Assembly: GCF_009914755.1 (NCBI RefSeq)
Contig: NC_060929.1
Length of the DNA: 64,000 nucleotides
From: the human T2T-CHM13v2.0 reference genome, Homo sapiens
Strand: one strand, 5' to 3'
Of this stretch, positions 27,891-41,438 are shown one piece after another (position 1 is the stretch's first letter; every line of letters begins with the position of its first letter). A program made the position numbers and the translations under genes. Under the pieces are notes generated by a model that did no database searches, was not told where the DNA came from, and saw only the letters and a list, made by a program, of their open reading frames with translations.

Positions 27891-28202
27891 TACAAAAAGG
27901 AAGGGACTTCACATATGTACAATATATATCATACCATTTCTCATCTTTGTGTGAAGCTGATGAATGAGACCAATCTTGACCTACAGAGTCTCTGCTGCTG
28001 TTAAAGATCCCTGGAGAAGGTAACTTAGTGATGGTCCTTAAGTAAATCATTCCAGTGTGTAACAATCTTCACCACAAGAAAATAATTCTTTATGAAAGGC
28101 CTGACTCCTTTATGATAAAGTTTGACCACATTCTTCTTCTTTAGTCTACATTGAAGCTACAATTAATAACTATAGTCTATATGATTTAAAGAAAAAGGTG
28201 AG

Positions 28203-29257
28203 ACTTGTCTATTCACCTCCTTAGCCCACTTTTCGATGTGATTTTTTTCTTGCTAATTTGTTTGTGCTCATTGTAGATTCTGGATATTAGTCCTTTGCCA
28301 GATATATAAATTGTGAAGATTTTCTCCCGCTCTGTGGGTTGACAATTCTCAAAGGAGATATACAAATTACCAACAAACACATGAAAAAATGGTCAACGTC
28401 ACTAATAATCAGGGAAATGCAAATCAAAATCACAGTGCAATGCCACCTTACTCCTGCGCAAATGGCTATAATAATAATAAAAAAAAAGAAATAGATGTTG
28501 GTGTGGATGGGGTAGAAAGGGAATGCTCCTATACTGCCGGTGGGAGTATAAACTAGTACAACCACTATGGAAAATGGTGTGGAGATTCCTTAAAGAACTA
28601 AAAGTAGAAGGACTATTTAATCCAACAATCCCACTACGGGGTATCTGCCCACAGGAAAAGATGTCATTATACAAAAAACATACTTGCACATGCATGTTTA
28701 AGGCACCACAATTTGCTATCGCAGAAATGTGGAACCAATCCAAATGGCCATCAATCAACAAGTGGATAAAGAAATTGATATATATATATCATATATTGTA
28801 TATATTGTATTTATATATCATATATTGTAGATATATATCATATATATTGTGTGTATATATATACATGTGATGGAATAGTACTCAGCCATAAAAAGGAATG
28901 AATTAATGGCATTTGCAGCAACCTGGATGGGATTGGAGACTATTATTCTAAGTGAAGTAACTCAGGAATGGAAAACCAAATATCGTATGCTCTCACTCAT
29001 AAGTGGGAGCTAAGCTATGAGGATGCAAAGGCATAAGAATGATACAATGAACTTTGGGACTCAGGGGGAAAGGCTGGGAAGGCAGTGGGGGATAAAAGAC
29101 TACACATTGGGTACAGTGTACACTGCTTGGACGATGCATCAAAATCTCACAAATCATCACTTAATAACTTACTCATGTAACCAAATACCACTTGTTCCCC
29201 AAAAACCTATGGAAATAAAAAAGAAATAGATACATAATAAATCTTTAAACTTGAAAA
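28203..29257 (+). mobile_element. 5'-truncated L1PB with a 5' inversion (28203-28341 on - strand, 28341-29222 on +)
   Basis: TSD aaagaaaaaggtgag (28188-28202) / aaagaaaaatgtgag (29258-29272). L1PB-type 3' end 'gttccccaaaaacctatggaaataaaa'. Confidence 0.9.
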
Positions 29258-29294
29258 AAAGAAAAATGTGAGGTGGGCTCTGAAAACTGGTGAA

Positions 29295-29540
29295 AGCTCA
29301 CTCTGCTTCCAAGTTGGCACCTTGCTGCTGTGTCCTCACATGGCAAAAGGTGAAAGGACAAAAAGGCCTAGCTAGTTCCCTTGAGCCCTTTTGTAAGGGT
29401 GCTAATCCCATTCATGAGGACAGAATGCTTGTGACTCAAACATCTTCTAAAGGCTCTACCTCTTAAAACTATCAAACTGGGTCTTGGGTTCCAACATATG
29501 AATTTTGATGGGGAGGAAAACATACAGTCAAACTATAGCA
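29295..29540 (-). mobile_element. MaLR LTR fragment (MSTC/MSTD-like)
   Basis: 'ctctgcttccaag...tcctcacatggca...taatcccattcatgagg...caaactatagca'. Confidence 0.75.
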
Positions 29541-31945
29541 CTATCCATTCATTGATAGACATTTAGATTGCTTCCATATCTTGGCTATTGTGAATAATGC
29601 TGCAATGAACATGGGAGTGCAGATATCGCTACTAGATCCTGATTTCATTTTCTCTGGATAAATACCCAGAAATGAGATTGCTAGGTAATATTGTAATTCT
29701 ATTTTTTTTTTTTTTTGAGAAACCTCCATACTGTTTTCCTTAATGGCTGCACCAATTTAGATTCCCATTAACAGTGAACAAGGGTCATATTTTCTCCAGA
29801 TCCTGTCCAACACTTGTTTTCTTTTTTTTTTTTTAATAATAGCCACCCTAACAGGTGTGATTTGATACCTCAGTGTGGTTTTCATTTGCATTTCCCTGAT
29901 GATTACTGATGTTGAGGACCTTTTCTTATGCTTCCTGGCTATTTGTATGTCCCCTTTGGAAAAATCTCTATTTTGGTCCTTTGCCATTTTGTTTTGGTAA
30001 TCGAGTTATTTGTTTTTCTGTTACTGAGTTGTAGTAGTTCCTTATATAGTTTAGATGTTAGCTCCTTATTAGAGGTATGTTTGCAAATATTTTCTCCCCT
30101 TCCATAGATTGCTTTTTTATTTTGTTGATTGTTTCCTTTGCTACACAAAAGCTTTTCAGTTTGATGTATTCCCATGTACCTATCTTTGCTTTCGTTGCCT
30201 GTGCTTTTGGCATCATATCCCAAAAGTCATTGCCAAGACCAATGTCAAGGAGCATTTTCTCTATCTTTCCTTCCGGTAGTTTTTCATTTTCAGGTCTTAC
30301 GTTTAAGTCTTTAATCTATTTTGAATTGATATTTTTATATAGTATAAGGGTCAAATTTCATTCTTCTGCACTATTCACTGAAGAGACTTTCTTTTCCTCA
30401 TTGTATGTTGTTGGCATCTTTGTCAAAAATTAATTGACTACATATGATGGATTTATTTCTGGGCTCTGTATTCTGCTTTGTTGGCCTATGTGTCTGCTTT
30501 TATGCTAGCATCATACTGGTTATACTGTGGCTTTTGATTTTTAGCTTCATATCACTGTGATCAAAAAAGATACTTGATATGATTTTAATCTTCCTATACT
30601 TCTTAAAATTTGTTTTGTGGCCTAACATATGATCTAACTGGAGGATATTTTGTGTGTGCTTGAGAATGATGTGCTGCTGAACAGAATATTCCATATGTGA
30701 CTCTTAGGTCCACTGGGTCTAGAGTGTAGTTTAAGATTGATGTTTCCTTATTGATTTTCTGTCTAGATGATCTGTTCATTGCTGAGAGTAGGGCATTGAA
30801 GTCCCCTACTATTATTGTATTGCAGTCTGCCTCTCCCTTCAGATCTATTAATATTTGCCCTATATTTGTAGGTGCTCCAATTTTGGGTACATATATATTT
30901 ACAATTGTTATGTCCTCTTAATGAACTGACACCTTTATCATTACATAATTATCATCTTTCTTTTACAGTTTTAAAGTTTGTCTTGTCTGATATAAGTACA
31001 GATACGCTTGCTCTCTTTTGGTTTCCATTTAAATAGAATATCTTTTTTTATACCATTGCTTTCAATCTATATGTGTCCTTAAAGGTGAAGTAAGTCTCTT
31101 GTAGGTGGTATATAGTTGAGTCTTTCTCTTTTAATCCATTCAGTCACTCTGTCTTTTGATTGGATAATTTAATCCATTTACATTAAAGGTAATTATTGAT
31201 AGGTAAGACCTTATTATTGCTCTTTTATTAACTGTTTTTTAGTTGTTTTGTAAATCCTTTGCTATAGTTATTTTTAATAATTTTGTCTTTGAACTTTCAT
31301 AATAAATTTAAAAATGATTATGCACCACCATTATAGTATTAGAATAATAACTATTGGTCAAATTCTGGATTTGACTATATTCTTATCTTTACTAATGAGT
31401 TTTATGCTCTCATGTTTGGCTAAGAAGCATCCTTTCATTTCTGCTTGAATAACTCTCTGAATCATTTCTTATAATCGAGGTTTAGGCGATGAACTTGCTC
31501 AGCTTCTGTTTGTCTGAGAAAGTCTATATCTCTCCTTCATTTCTGAAGGAAAGACTTTCTGGGTAAAGTATTCTTGGATGCCATTTTTTTCTCTTTCTGC
31601 TGGAACCAGCTGGTGCTAGAGTGGGCCTGGAGCCTAGGTCTGTGGGGAAGTCAGATATCCACTTCACTCTCTTTTCCTTACAGGAGAGCTCTGAACAGAG
31701 GAGATCTCTCTAGTCCTCACACCATTCTGGTTTGGAAAATGATTCAGGTAGAGTGAAACTGCCCTTCCAGCCCTTTACTGTGCCTTTTCCCATTCTGTAC
31801 TCCACTAGTGTGGTGTAACCTTTCACCTGGAATCCAGAGCTCAGGGAAGTATTTTTGTGTGTGTGGATGGTTTTTTTTATCAGTCTTTCTGTGACTGGAC
31901 AAGGGGTGTAATCTCCTATTCTGCCATCTTGCTGATGTTACTCTT
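29541..31945 (-). mobile_element. Old L1 (L1MA-like) with large internal deletions, retaining the 5' end, ORF2 start and ORF2 end/3'UTR
   Basis: ORF-track fragments with L1 ORF2 similarity (LLDIGLGNDFWDMMPKAQATKAKI; DHMLGHKTNF). 5'-end motif 'catcagcaagatggcagaatagg' near 31915-31940. Confidence 0.8.
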
Positions 31946-32022
31946 CTTAGTCTCAACAGGTATTTGTTAAATAAGTAAATGAATAAGTGAATCTGTGTAC
32001 AGAGTACTATCAAATACATCCT

Positions 32023-32410
32023 TGCTATTTGATAAATTCGTGCACATTTATTTCCCTTCCAAAATTCATGTTGAAACTAATCCCCAATGTAACAGTATTA
32101 AGAGGCAGTGATTCGGAAGTGATTAGGCCATGAGGACTCTATCACGAATAGAATAATACCTTATAAAAGGATTTGAGGGGATGTTTTCCCCTTCTGTCTC
32201 TTCTGCCACGTGAGGACACAATGTTTTTTCCTTTCCAGAGGACCCAGCAACAAGGCAATATCTTTGAAGCAGAGACCAGGCCCTTACTGGACACCAAACC
32301 GGCCGGTGCTTGGACTTCCAGCTTCCAGAACTATGAGAAATCTATAACTGTGTATTTATAGATTACTCAGTCCCAAGTATTTTTTTATACCAGCACAAAC
32401 AGATTAAACA
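32023..32410 (+). mobile_element. MSTD-like solo LTR
   Basis: TG...CA termini, perfect 5-bp TSD atcct (32018-32022 / 32411-32415), MaLR motifs. Confidence 0.85.
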
Positions 32411-32860
32411 ATCCTCAAACTGACTTTGAGTTGGAAAAAGCATATATTATTAATATCAATCTACATTGCAGGTGAGGAACAATCTGGAATTTTATGTTAC
32501 TTGCCCAAAATATCGTAACAATTAAGCTAATAAGTGACAGGAATGGAGGGCATATTTAGACTTTCAGACTCCAAGCCCAATGTTTCTTCTATTCAACAGT
32601 TTAGGAATCCCAGACACCCATATTTTTCTTTAACTCTAAAACAGTGGCATATAACTACTGTGTGAAAGTATTAAGCAATTGTTGCAATACTACGTATAAT
32701 ACCACTATTGACAAGTATTTATTCTGGTCTATAAAGCTCTCATACTTTTGTTTAATCACCACTATCTCAGTGAGTCTACTATTGCCTCCATTTTATAGAT
32801 GAGAAAACCAAGAAGGGTTAATAACTTGCTCCAAGTCATACAGTTAATAAGGATGTGGCT

Positions 32861-33164
32861 GGCCGGACGCGGTGGCTCACGTCTGTAATCCCAACACTTT
32901 GGGAAGCCGAGGCAGGGGAATCACAAGGTCAGGAGATCAAGACCATCCTGGCTAACACGGTGAAACCCCGTCTCTACTAAAAATACAAAAAATTAACAAG
33001 GCGTGGTGGCGGGCACCTGTAGTCCCAGCTACTCAGGAGGCTGAGGCAGGAGAATGGCGTGAACCTGGGAGACGGAGGTTGCAGTGAGCCGAGACTGTGC
33101 CACTGCGCTCCAGCCTGGGCGACAAAGCGAGACTCTGTCTCGAAAAAAAAAAAACAACAAAACC
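32861..33164 (+). mobile_element. AluY/AluSc-type SINE inserted in a MIR
   Basis: TSD aaggatgtggc (32849-32859 / 33165-33175); 'gaccatcctggctaacacggtg', 'atggcgtgaacc'. Confidence 0.93.
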
Positions 33165-33649
33165 AAGGATGTGGCAGGGCCCAAACTCAATCTCAAATCT
33201 GAGGGCTAGTTCAGCTAGTGCTTTTTCTTGCACATGATCACAAAGCCTTCTCCCATTTCAAAGTGTTGTTACAATGATCTATTTCTTTGTTCCCCTCAAA
33301 ACTAGGAATGATCATTTTACAAAAAACGCACTCGCACAAAATCTGGCCTTATTGGGTTTCTCTGCAGTTATTGGTAGTACACAATGTCAACTTCATTTAG
33401 TTTGGCTATTATGTAAAAATACTGATACAACTTTTAGTAATTTAGCACAGAGGCCTATACACTCAGATGTTAATCTTTTTGAGAAGCATTTTGCTTCTTG
33501 CTCCCTCCCAGAAACATTTTTTCTCAACCACTGTGTAGGTTAAGTGTCAAAATCCCCTGAAGGTTGGGTAGAGATGGTTCCTAGAATCCTGCTGGGTGGT
33601 CTGCTGGGTCTTAATGGTACCACTTCCATTATAAAAGGGAACTTAGATC

Positions 33650-33870
33650 ACTATAGCTAACATTTATTGAACACTTATTATATCAGCTATCACACACCAC
33701 GTAACAAGCCAATGTGATGAGTTCTATTGTTATCTTGAGTTCACAGCTGAAGAAACTGCAGCATGAAATAAGGGAGTAAATTCCCCAAAGTCATACAACT
33801 AGGCTGCTGGAACCTGAACTTAACTGCTACACTAGGCTGTCTCCAAACACAACACTTCTCATGCTGGGTG
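33650..33870. mobile_element. MIR
   Basis: 'atagctaacatttattgaacactta...gaagaaactg...ccaaagtcatacaactag'. Confidence 0.65.
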
Positions 33871-36589
33871 TCATATCCCTGATGACACTGTAAATATCCA
33901 ATGGCTTGAAGAAGTAAAATGTCAGCTAACAAGAGTAGATTGAAGAGTTAAGTTAAAATTCAAGGACAGATTTTTCAGTCTGCAATAGACACAGAGATGT
34001 TCGAGACTGGTGTCAGAGAGAGACAGAGGCTGCTTGTTAGGATCTCCAAAAACGTATTATGATGGCGCAATATTTTATAAACGTGTGGTCTTGGTCACAG
34101 GGTGACCTGGTTTAAAAGTGGTAAATATGTCAGCAAATTTCATTAGCACAGGAAAAACAGATCCAGGCGAACAACTCTTGGTAGTTCGTCATCTAATTTT
34201 CTCTGCTTTGTTTTGACTTCATAGGATAAAATTTGCTACATTTCTCTTTCCAACCATCACTTAGTGGCTTTTAGGTACTGTTATTAAAATTTCATAATTT
34301 TAATAGCCAAGTATTAAAAAGAAATTTCTAATCATTTTCAAATTCTTAACTTAGGGGACTTTTAGTGATTGAGAGTCCTTAATATTTCAAGACCCTCAGC
34401 TTGTTGTGATTCCAACATGGGTAACTGGAGACATTGTTCTTTTAATTTAGGTTCAGTGAAAGATTTTTAACTAATGCACTAATCTATGTTTGAAAGTGTT
34501 TTTACCAAGTATATTTTAGCAAGATATTATCTGATGACATTAATAGCTATTATTTATTTTTTAAAGGAGTTATATGGTCAAGTATATTTGGAAAATACTG
34601 GTTTAGAAGAAAATTAAATAGATTCCTTTTCTCTAGCCTTTAAATAATTGAACGTTCACTATGACTTTCCAAGAAGGAGGCTTGACAGGCATCACTTACT
34701 AGGTTTTTTTGACTATGAGGCCTACTTTTCTTGAGTGCATCTTTTAGGACCAACAATCCTTGGATCTCTCTTTGGGAAATGTTACTTCCTTATATTTCAT
34801 TATAGGGAAATTACACGTTTTCAAGATTATATTATTATTGACTTTACAGTGGATTTAAATAATTTTATTGTAATAGAACTCCCAGGAAATCCAAGTCACC
34901 AATATGTGGTATGTGGTTAATCTTCAATAAACATACTATACAAAAAGGATTTAGTTTGTTGGTTCAAAAGACTCAAAAAAATCAATAGCTTCATATGCCA
35001 GTGCTGTTTTGTTGCAATATTGCATAAAACCACAAGATGGCAATAGTACTTATCAAATTAAAGAGAGGCCTGTGGTTCTGCTATTGAAACCAAAGGTTAG
35101 AGCGCCTTGCAGGGCACACTTTGAAGTTCCCAGGCATTTTCTGGCAGCATATGCTTTGTTGTTATTATCTGGACCATTACTTTCATTGACATACTTTTTA
35201 TGACGATAAATGAATTGAAAACAAGTCAAAAAGTACGAAAGATGAATCTAGAAAGTATTCGCCCTACAGTAAAATTCAGATTTTGTTATTAATGTCATAT
35301 TCAAGAACAACCTTTCACATATTCATTTTGTCAGGTAGCCTTAACTTTAGAATTTGTTTATAAAAACATTATTTTGTAATTATAAATTCCATGGTCTAAA
35401 AGTTCTAGACTATCCTAGACCTAGGAAATATCAATTTTTTCTAAATGCTGGAATAAAATTCCTTTAAAAAGAGGAATTGGACGGTTTCTATAATGTTTAC
35501 TCATGTAGCAAAGGAGTACATGTTCTTAATGCTATATTTATTTATTTTTTACAAGGCAGGATACTGATGGGCACTTCAACATTCTGTGTAATATTTAAAG
35601 CCTTTTATGTTATTTAAGACAACACAACTAAACGTGGTCTGAATGTGTCCATTTTTATGTAGCAATAAACACAGCATACACAAGATGGCAGCCTATCTTC
35701 CCTTAAACTAGTATTAAAGATATTTAAAATGTAAATAGCTGTCTATTAATGATACTCTTGCTTTTCATTCTCAGAATAAATAAGCCTCCTGGTTAACAAG
35801 TTTAAATCAGTCTCATTCCAAACCTAGCACTTAATGAAACAGAAACAGCTACTCACGTTTTGGGAAATCTACAACTACTCAATAATGCTAAGTCTTCATC
35901 AAAAACAATGCCAAATTGCAACTCAGTGTCACAAGAAGAAGGAGGAGGAGGAATAAGAAAAAAGACAAAAGAAAAAAAGCAGTGAACACATATATTGTGG
36001 GGACAGTTAAAATTTAAGCTGGATCTTTCTGAAGATAACTGATCTTCCTACAAATATTTAAAGCTAGCTACCTTTGCTGTCCAATTGTAACAGAGGGTAT
36101 CCTTGTAGAATAAGGTCCTTCACATTTGAGAGGTTGTAAAAATAGTGACATTCAAAACATCAGTGATTTAAAAATCTTCAAAAAGGGTACCTTATGGATG
36201 TGTTAAAATAATTTCCATAAGCTATTCTATTCCCTCATTTTTTGCTGGAGACTTGTTATGCCCTAGGATGGAAATATTTCATAATGCTAAATAACTAAAT
36301 ATATTAAAATTTAAATGCAAGAGGTTTATAATCACAGGTGGCTTCATATAATAAAATAAAAGTAAACCAACATTTTTTCCATAATGAACATGAATATTCC
36401 AATGAATTTAAAATTTCTGGTAAGTTACCATGATATAGCACATAGATTAATTTAAAATAATAGTATGGTAAAGTGTAGCATAGGATGGCACTAGGTATAT
36501 TTATTTCCTGAAGAGTAGTAGAAGGCAGTTCAGGTAACCTTTAGGCTTAGTTTTCTCTCCTAAATGCAGAGTTGAAGACATGCAAGACG

Positions 36590-36747
36590 AAATTATTCAT
36601 GTTGTATCCCAAATACAACATGAATAATTTGGGATACATATGTATGGATGTATTTGGGATATACTTATTCATACAACTTATTCAAATTTGGGATATATAT
36701 GTATGGATGTATTTGGGATATACTTATTCATATAACTTATTCAAATT
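36590..36747. repeat. Perfect 18-bp inverted repeat followed by a 59-bp tandem duplication
   Basis: aaattattcatgttgtat (36590-36607), loop cccaa, atacaacatgaataattt (36613-36630). Duplicated units 36626-36684 and 36685-36743. Confidence 0.95.
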
Positions 36748-39700
36748 CCCTTTCATATCTGACATAAACAGCAGGTGGTATCTAAATGCAATTTTCTGAT
36801 AACTTCTGGAAGTTTAGGTAAACGAAAATATGGATTGCTTTAATTTTGAATGTAAGTTGTATATTACTTGGTGACATTGAGCAACTACAACAACTATCCT
36901 AGATGTCATTTTTTCCAAAGGGCCTTACTCCTGTCTCCTCCAGGAATTCGCTCTATGACTGGTAATTGACTCAGTGACTCAGTAGATACAATATATAGTA
37001 CTATTAATTTTTTTTACCGAAAGGAAACTATTTTTCCTGAGAATTCTGCTGAAATATGCTACCATGTTTATATAGCCATCCTAACAAAAAATCACATCTA
37101 AAAAATTAAACGTTTTTTAAAAGAACTTTAACTTTCCTATTTAAAAAATCAGAATATTTTAAAAAATAGACCCTAAAGTATTACGCCTCTTCAATCCTTT
37201 TTTTTTTTCTTGGCTATCCCAATACTTTTCTGAAATTGTTTCCTTGAGTGTCACCAATAACTTTTAAAAATTCATCAATTTCAACGGGCTTTTCTTCGTT
37301 TTCAGCCCTTTTCATCTGTGGGTCACACTGGGTATTATTAATTGCAATGATTCTGGGATTTTCTTCTTATTTGGATTCTGCAGTCCCAGTACTCCTATAG
37401 CCAAAGAGTTAGTTGTGTCTATTGTCTACATGTCTACAAGAACTATGATCTTAGAAAAGTCACTTAGGCTCTGTTGTATACAGTTTTGTATCCTTAAAAT
37501 GAGGGGATTTCCCAAATTTCTCTGAGGGTCTCTGATAAGACCTCTCTTGCATGTCTTTGACAGAGAATAAGCCATTCCACATAAATGAATTTTCTAGGAA
37601 ACTAAAAATTACCACGTAGAACACCAAAACCTGTTTCATTAATATACTTAAAGGAATTATTTCTAAAATTTATTAAATTTTTATCCCTTTTAGGTAAACA
37701 ATGAATGCAATTTAAAAAAAAATGGGGCAGAGCATCATTTGTTAAGTGTGTCTAGGAAATTATCATCAAGGTTCTAGCAAGATAAAGTTAAATATGTAGA
37801 AAACTAGTGAAACTTGAGTAGAAGTGTTTTAATTTCTGAATTCCCAAACTAATTATTGCTAAAGGTCAATAATCAGACAGACATTTCCCACTAGTGGATG
37901 CTTCTATAATCTGTTTATTCTATATATGCACTTCTTTTGCTTTATACCTTTCAATTCAGAGTTGTTATAAATTCAATAATGGTATTATTTCCATTGCTAA
38001 ATATGCCAAGGAACAAAATGTAGTTCTTAAAATAAAACAAGTTAAAAGTGATGTGAGGTCGAAGGAGACTTGAGTTCCAAAATCACCACACAGAGAGCCA
38101 TCTGCCAATCAGAAGCACCTGCCTTGGACTCTTATGTAGGTTAAAAATAAACTTCTATTACATTTGAGCCATTAAATATTTTGAGGTCCATTTATAATCA
38201 CAGTTCATTCTACTCTAACAAATTCCTAAGTCCTGTGGATTCTAATTATTAAATTTCCATTTGCAACAAACCTAGCCCACCAGTTCAGCCTAGCCCACCT
38301 GACATCTGTTCTTAAGATCTTTGTTCAATTGGTAAAACATCTCTTGAAATGATCTCTGCCACCATTGCCCCATCATTCCTTATCTAGATTATTTAGAGCC
38401 TTCTGCGTGGTCTCTCTGCCTTCCTTCAAACCCATCCTCTAAGTCCTAATGGAATTCTCTCCATCATATACAAATCAGGCCATTTTATTCCTCTTGGACT
38501 ACATTTCAGTCCATATTCTGCACCCACAAGCACTGCTGTGGGGAACCCAGGCCCCAGAACTCTGGCTCAGCATCAGTATTCAAAGCTTCTCCTTGTTCAG
38601 GAGATTTTGCACAAACAGGAGTAAATTTTTATCATCTTACACTCTTACCATGGAGACTATGGATCCTAATTTGTCTTCTGTGGCAGGTTGAACCCTTAAC
38701 AGCCATTTTCCCCCTTTCCCTTCACTATCACTGAATAGAGTCTCTGTGAGTTTTAGCGGAATGCCTGGTCCTCCCTTCAGAGAATATCTTATTCTCCAAG
38801 CAACAGGTGTGGCCATGTACCCATGTCCTTCCTGGTAGGATGTGAGAATAAGTGACCTATGCAACTTCTGGGTCTTATGGTGAAAATGGAGCAGTTGCTT
38901 TAGACAAGAGATGGAAACCACACAGTGATGAGAGCAGAACCATTTCATCAGCTCTAGATCTTTCTGGGGTTCATGTGGAAGAAAATATAATTTTAAAAAT
39001 TATCAGAAAAGTTGGGTCTCTTGTTACCAGAAGCTTAGTTTGCATCCTAAATCATTCTAATTAAGAAACAACTTTTCAAATAGATTTTCCTTCTAGAAAA
39101 GCATGTTTCTTAATTAGAATGATTCATATGACTTCACAGAGCCAATCAATTTTGTGTGAGTCCCATTCAATTCAGTTTAATAAGACTATGGGGGATGAAC
39201 CAGCTTTTCCCATAGCCTGGCCATTCTTAGGCAAGGGGGTTTCTCATTTACAGAACTGAAAGGCAAAGTCCACTAAATGAACAAAAAAAAAACCACTGGG
39301 TTGAGGAGGGAGAGAACTAACTTTCTTGAGTATCTACTGTGTGCCTTGTGCTTTTAATACAATATTTTATTTAGTTATAACTCTAGCCCTGTGAGTTGGG
39401 TTAAACTAGCACAAAGGAGGCATCTAATAAATGTTTGTCAAGCAAATGAATAAATTAGTATTCTCAGTATTTTACAGATGAGTAAACTGGTTCAGAAAGA
39501 TTAGGCTGCTTGACCTGGTTACCTAACTTGTAAGCAGTGGCAGCTCTAGAATCCATTACAAGAGCTATTTGATTCTAGATTCCAAATTTACTTCATTACA
39601 CTGTGATGCCTAACCATCGTCATCTTTTCCGATCAACCGACTTGTCCCGTCTACCTCAAACTATTATTTTTGGGCTCAGCCCTTCCATAATCTATCTCCT

Positions 39701-40149
39701 GGTTCCCCCATGAGAGACAAGATTGTATACTAGGGAAGCCATGGATCTCAATCAATTTGGCAATTATTAATTCTGTGCCATTAGCATAACAGAGTATTGG
39801 TTACACCCGCTCAGTGAATTTGACGGGGAAGATGAGTTATTTAGTGTCTTTTGTCTCCATTAGACCAAAAATAGTATGAAGACAGAGACCATTTTTGCAT
39901 CCCAGAACCTGCCACAAAGCAGGTACTCAAGTGCTCAATAAATATTTGTTGGCTTGTATGAATGACATACATTACTGTTAATATATTACCTTTGCTAAGC
40001 TAGGCACTTATTCAGAAGCCTAAAACTGGGTGTCTTTCTGCAACAAATAAAATTGCTTAATGGTGCTCTATAGAAAAATATAATTAAAAGGTATGAGATT
40101 GCTTAGTATATTTCTGAGGGGGATGAAAAGGCTCATGACCACTCCATCT

Positions 40150-40400
40150 GTAATAGAGATGGTTTAGTGTGGTACAGGGTAGTTCACAGTTCGACCTCCA
40201 AGTTAGAAAGCCTGGGTTCCAATCTCTGCTCCTGCACTTACAAGCTGTGTGGACTTGCACAAGTAGAAGATGCACATAGATAGAAATGGAGACGATTATA
40301 GAACCTCCTTAAGGTCATTGTGAGGGTTTAATTACATAATACATATCAAGTACTTAGCACAGTTCCTCCCACAAAATAAACATTCAATAACTATTAGCAA
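40150..40400. mobile_element. MIR
   Basis: 'cctgggttccaatctctgctcctgcacttacaagctgtgtggacttg...cattgtgagggttta...cttagcacag'. Confidence 0.75.
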
Positions 40401-40612
40401 TTTTTCTTCATCTTACTCAACATGAAGACAAAGTAATATAATTACTTAACAATCTGAAAACTTGACTCAATATAATTAAATTTAAATAAAGAACTACAAA
40501 CATATTAAAATGGTTATCAAATCTCTGATTTCATATGTGGAATGATTTATTTCAATTGAGATAACAGTTACTAATTATCTATTTTTCCTAATCATTTAGG
40601 AATACATAAATA

Positions 40613-40985
<373 letters not shown>

Positions 40986-41438
40986 CTATAATTAATTACA
41001 AATATTATATAAATAAACCTAAGTATCAAAAAAGTGCCATTAAAATAACCAGATCCTATAGAATATATGCATGAAAAAAATGATTATGACCCTAAAAAAA
41101 ACCAAAAAAATCTCCTTATCAGCTAAAACCATAAGTAATAACAATACAAATAGTTGCACGACTTTTGTAGATTAATTACTATCATTAACTGGAATAATTT
41201 CAAGCAATTATATTACAATGTGATTAAAATACATCACAAATGACCATGGTAATGAAATAATACATTTCTTAGACTATTCATATATTCACTTTGAGAAAAA
41301 AGGCAAGCCAATGGTCTTCTATTTGTCTCCATGCTTCTAGTCTTCCTTATTTCAATTCATTCTCCAAAATCTTACGATTGTTTTTCTGTTATTCCCTTGC
41401 TTTTAATTCTTCATTTCTTTCTCAGTGATTTTAGAATG

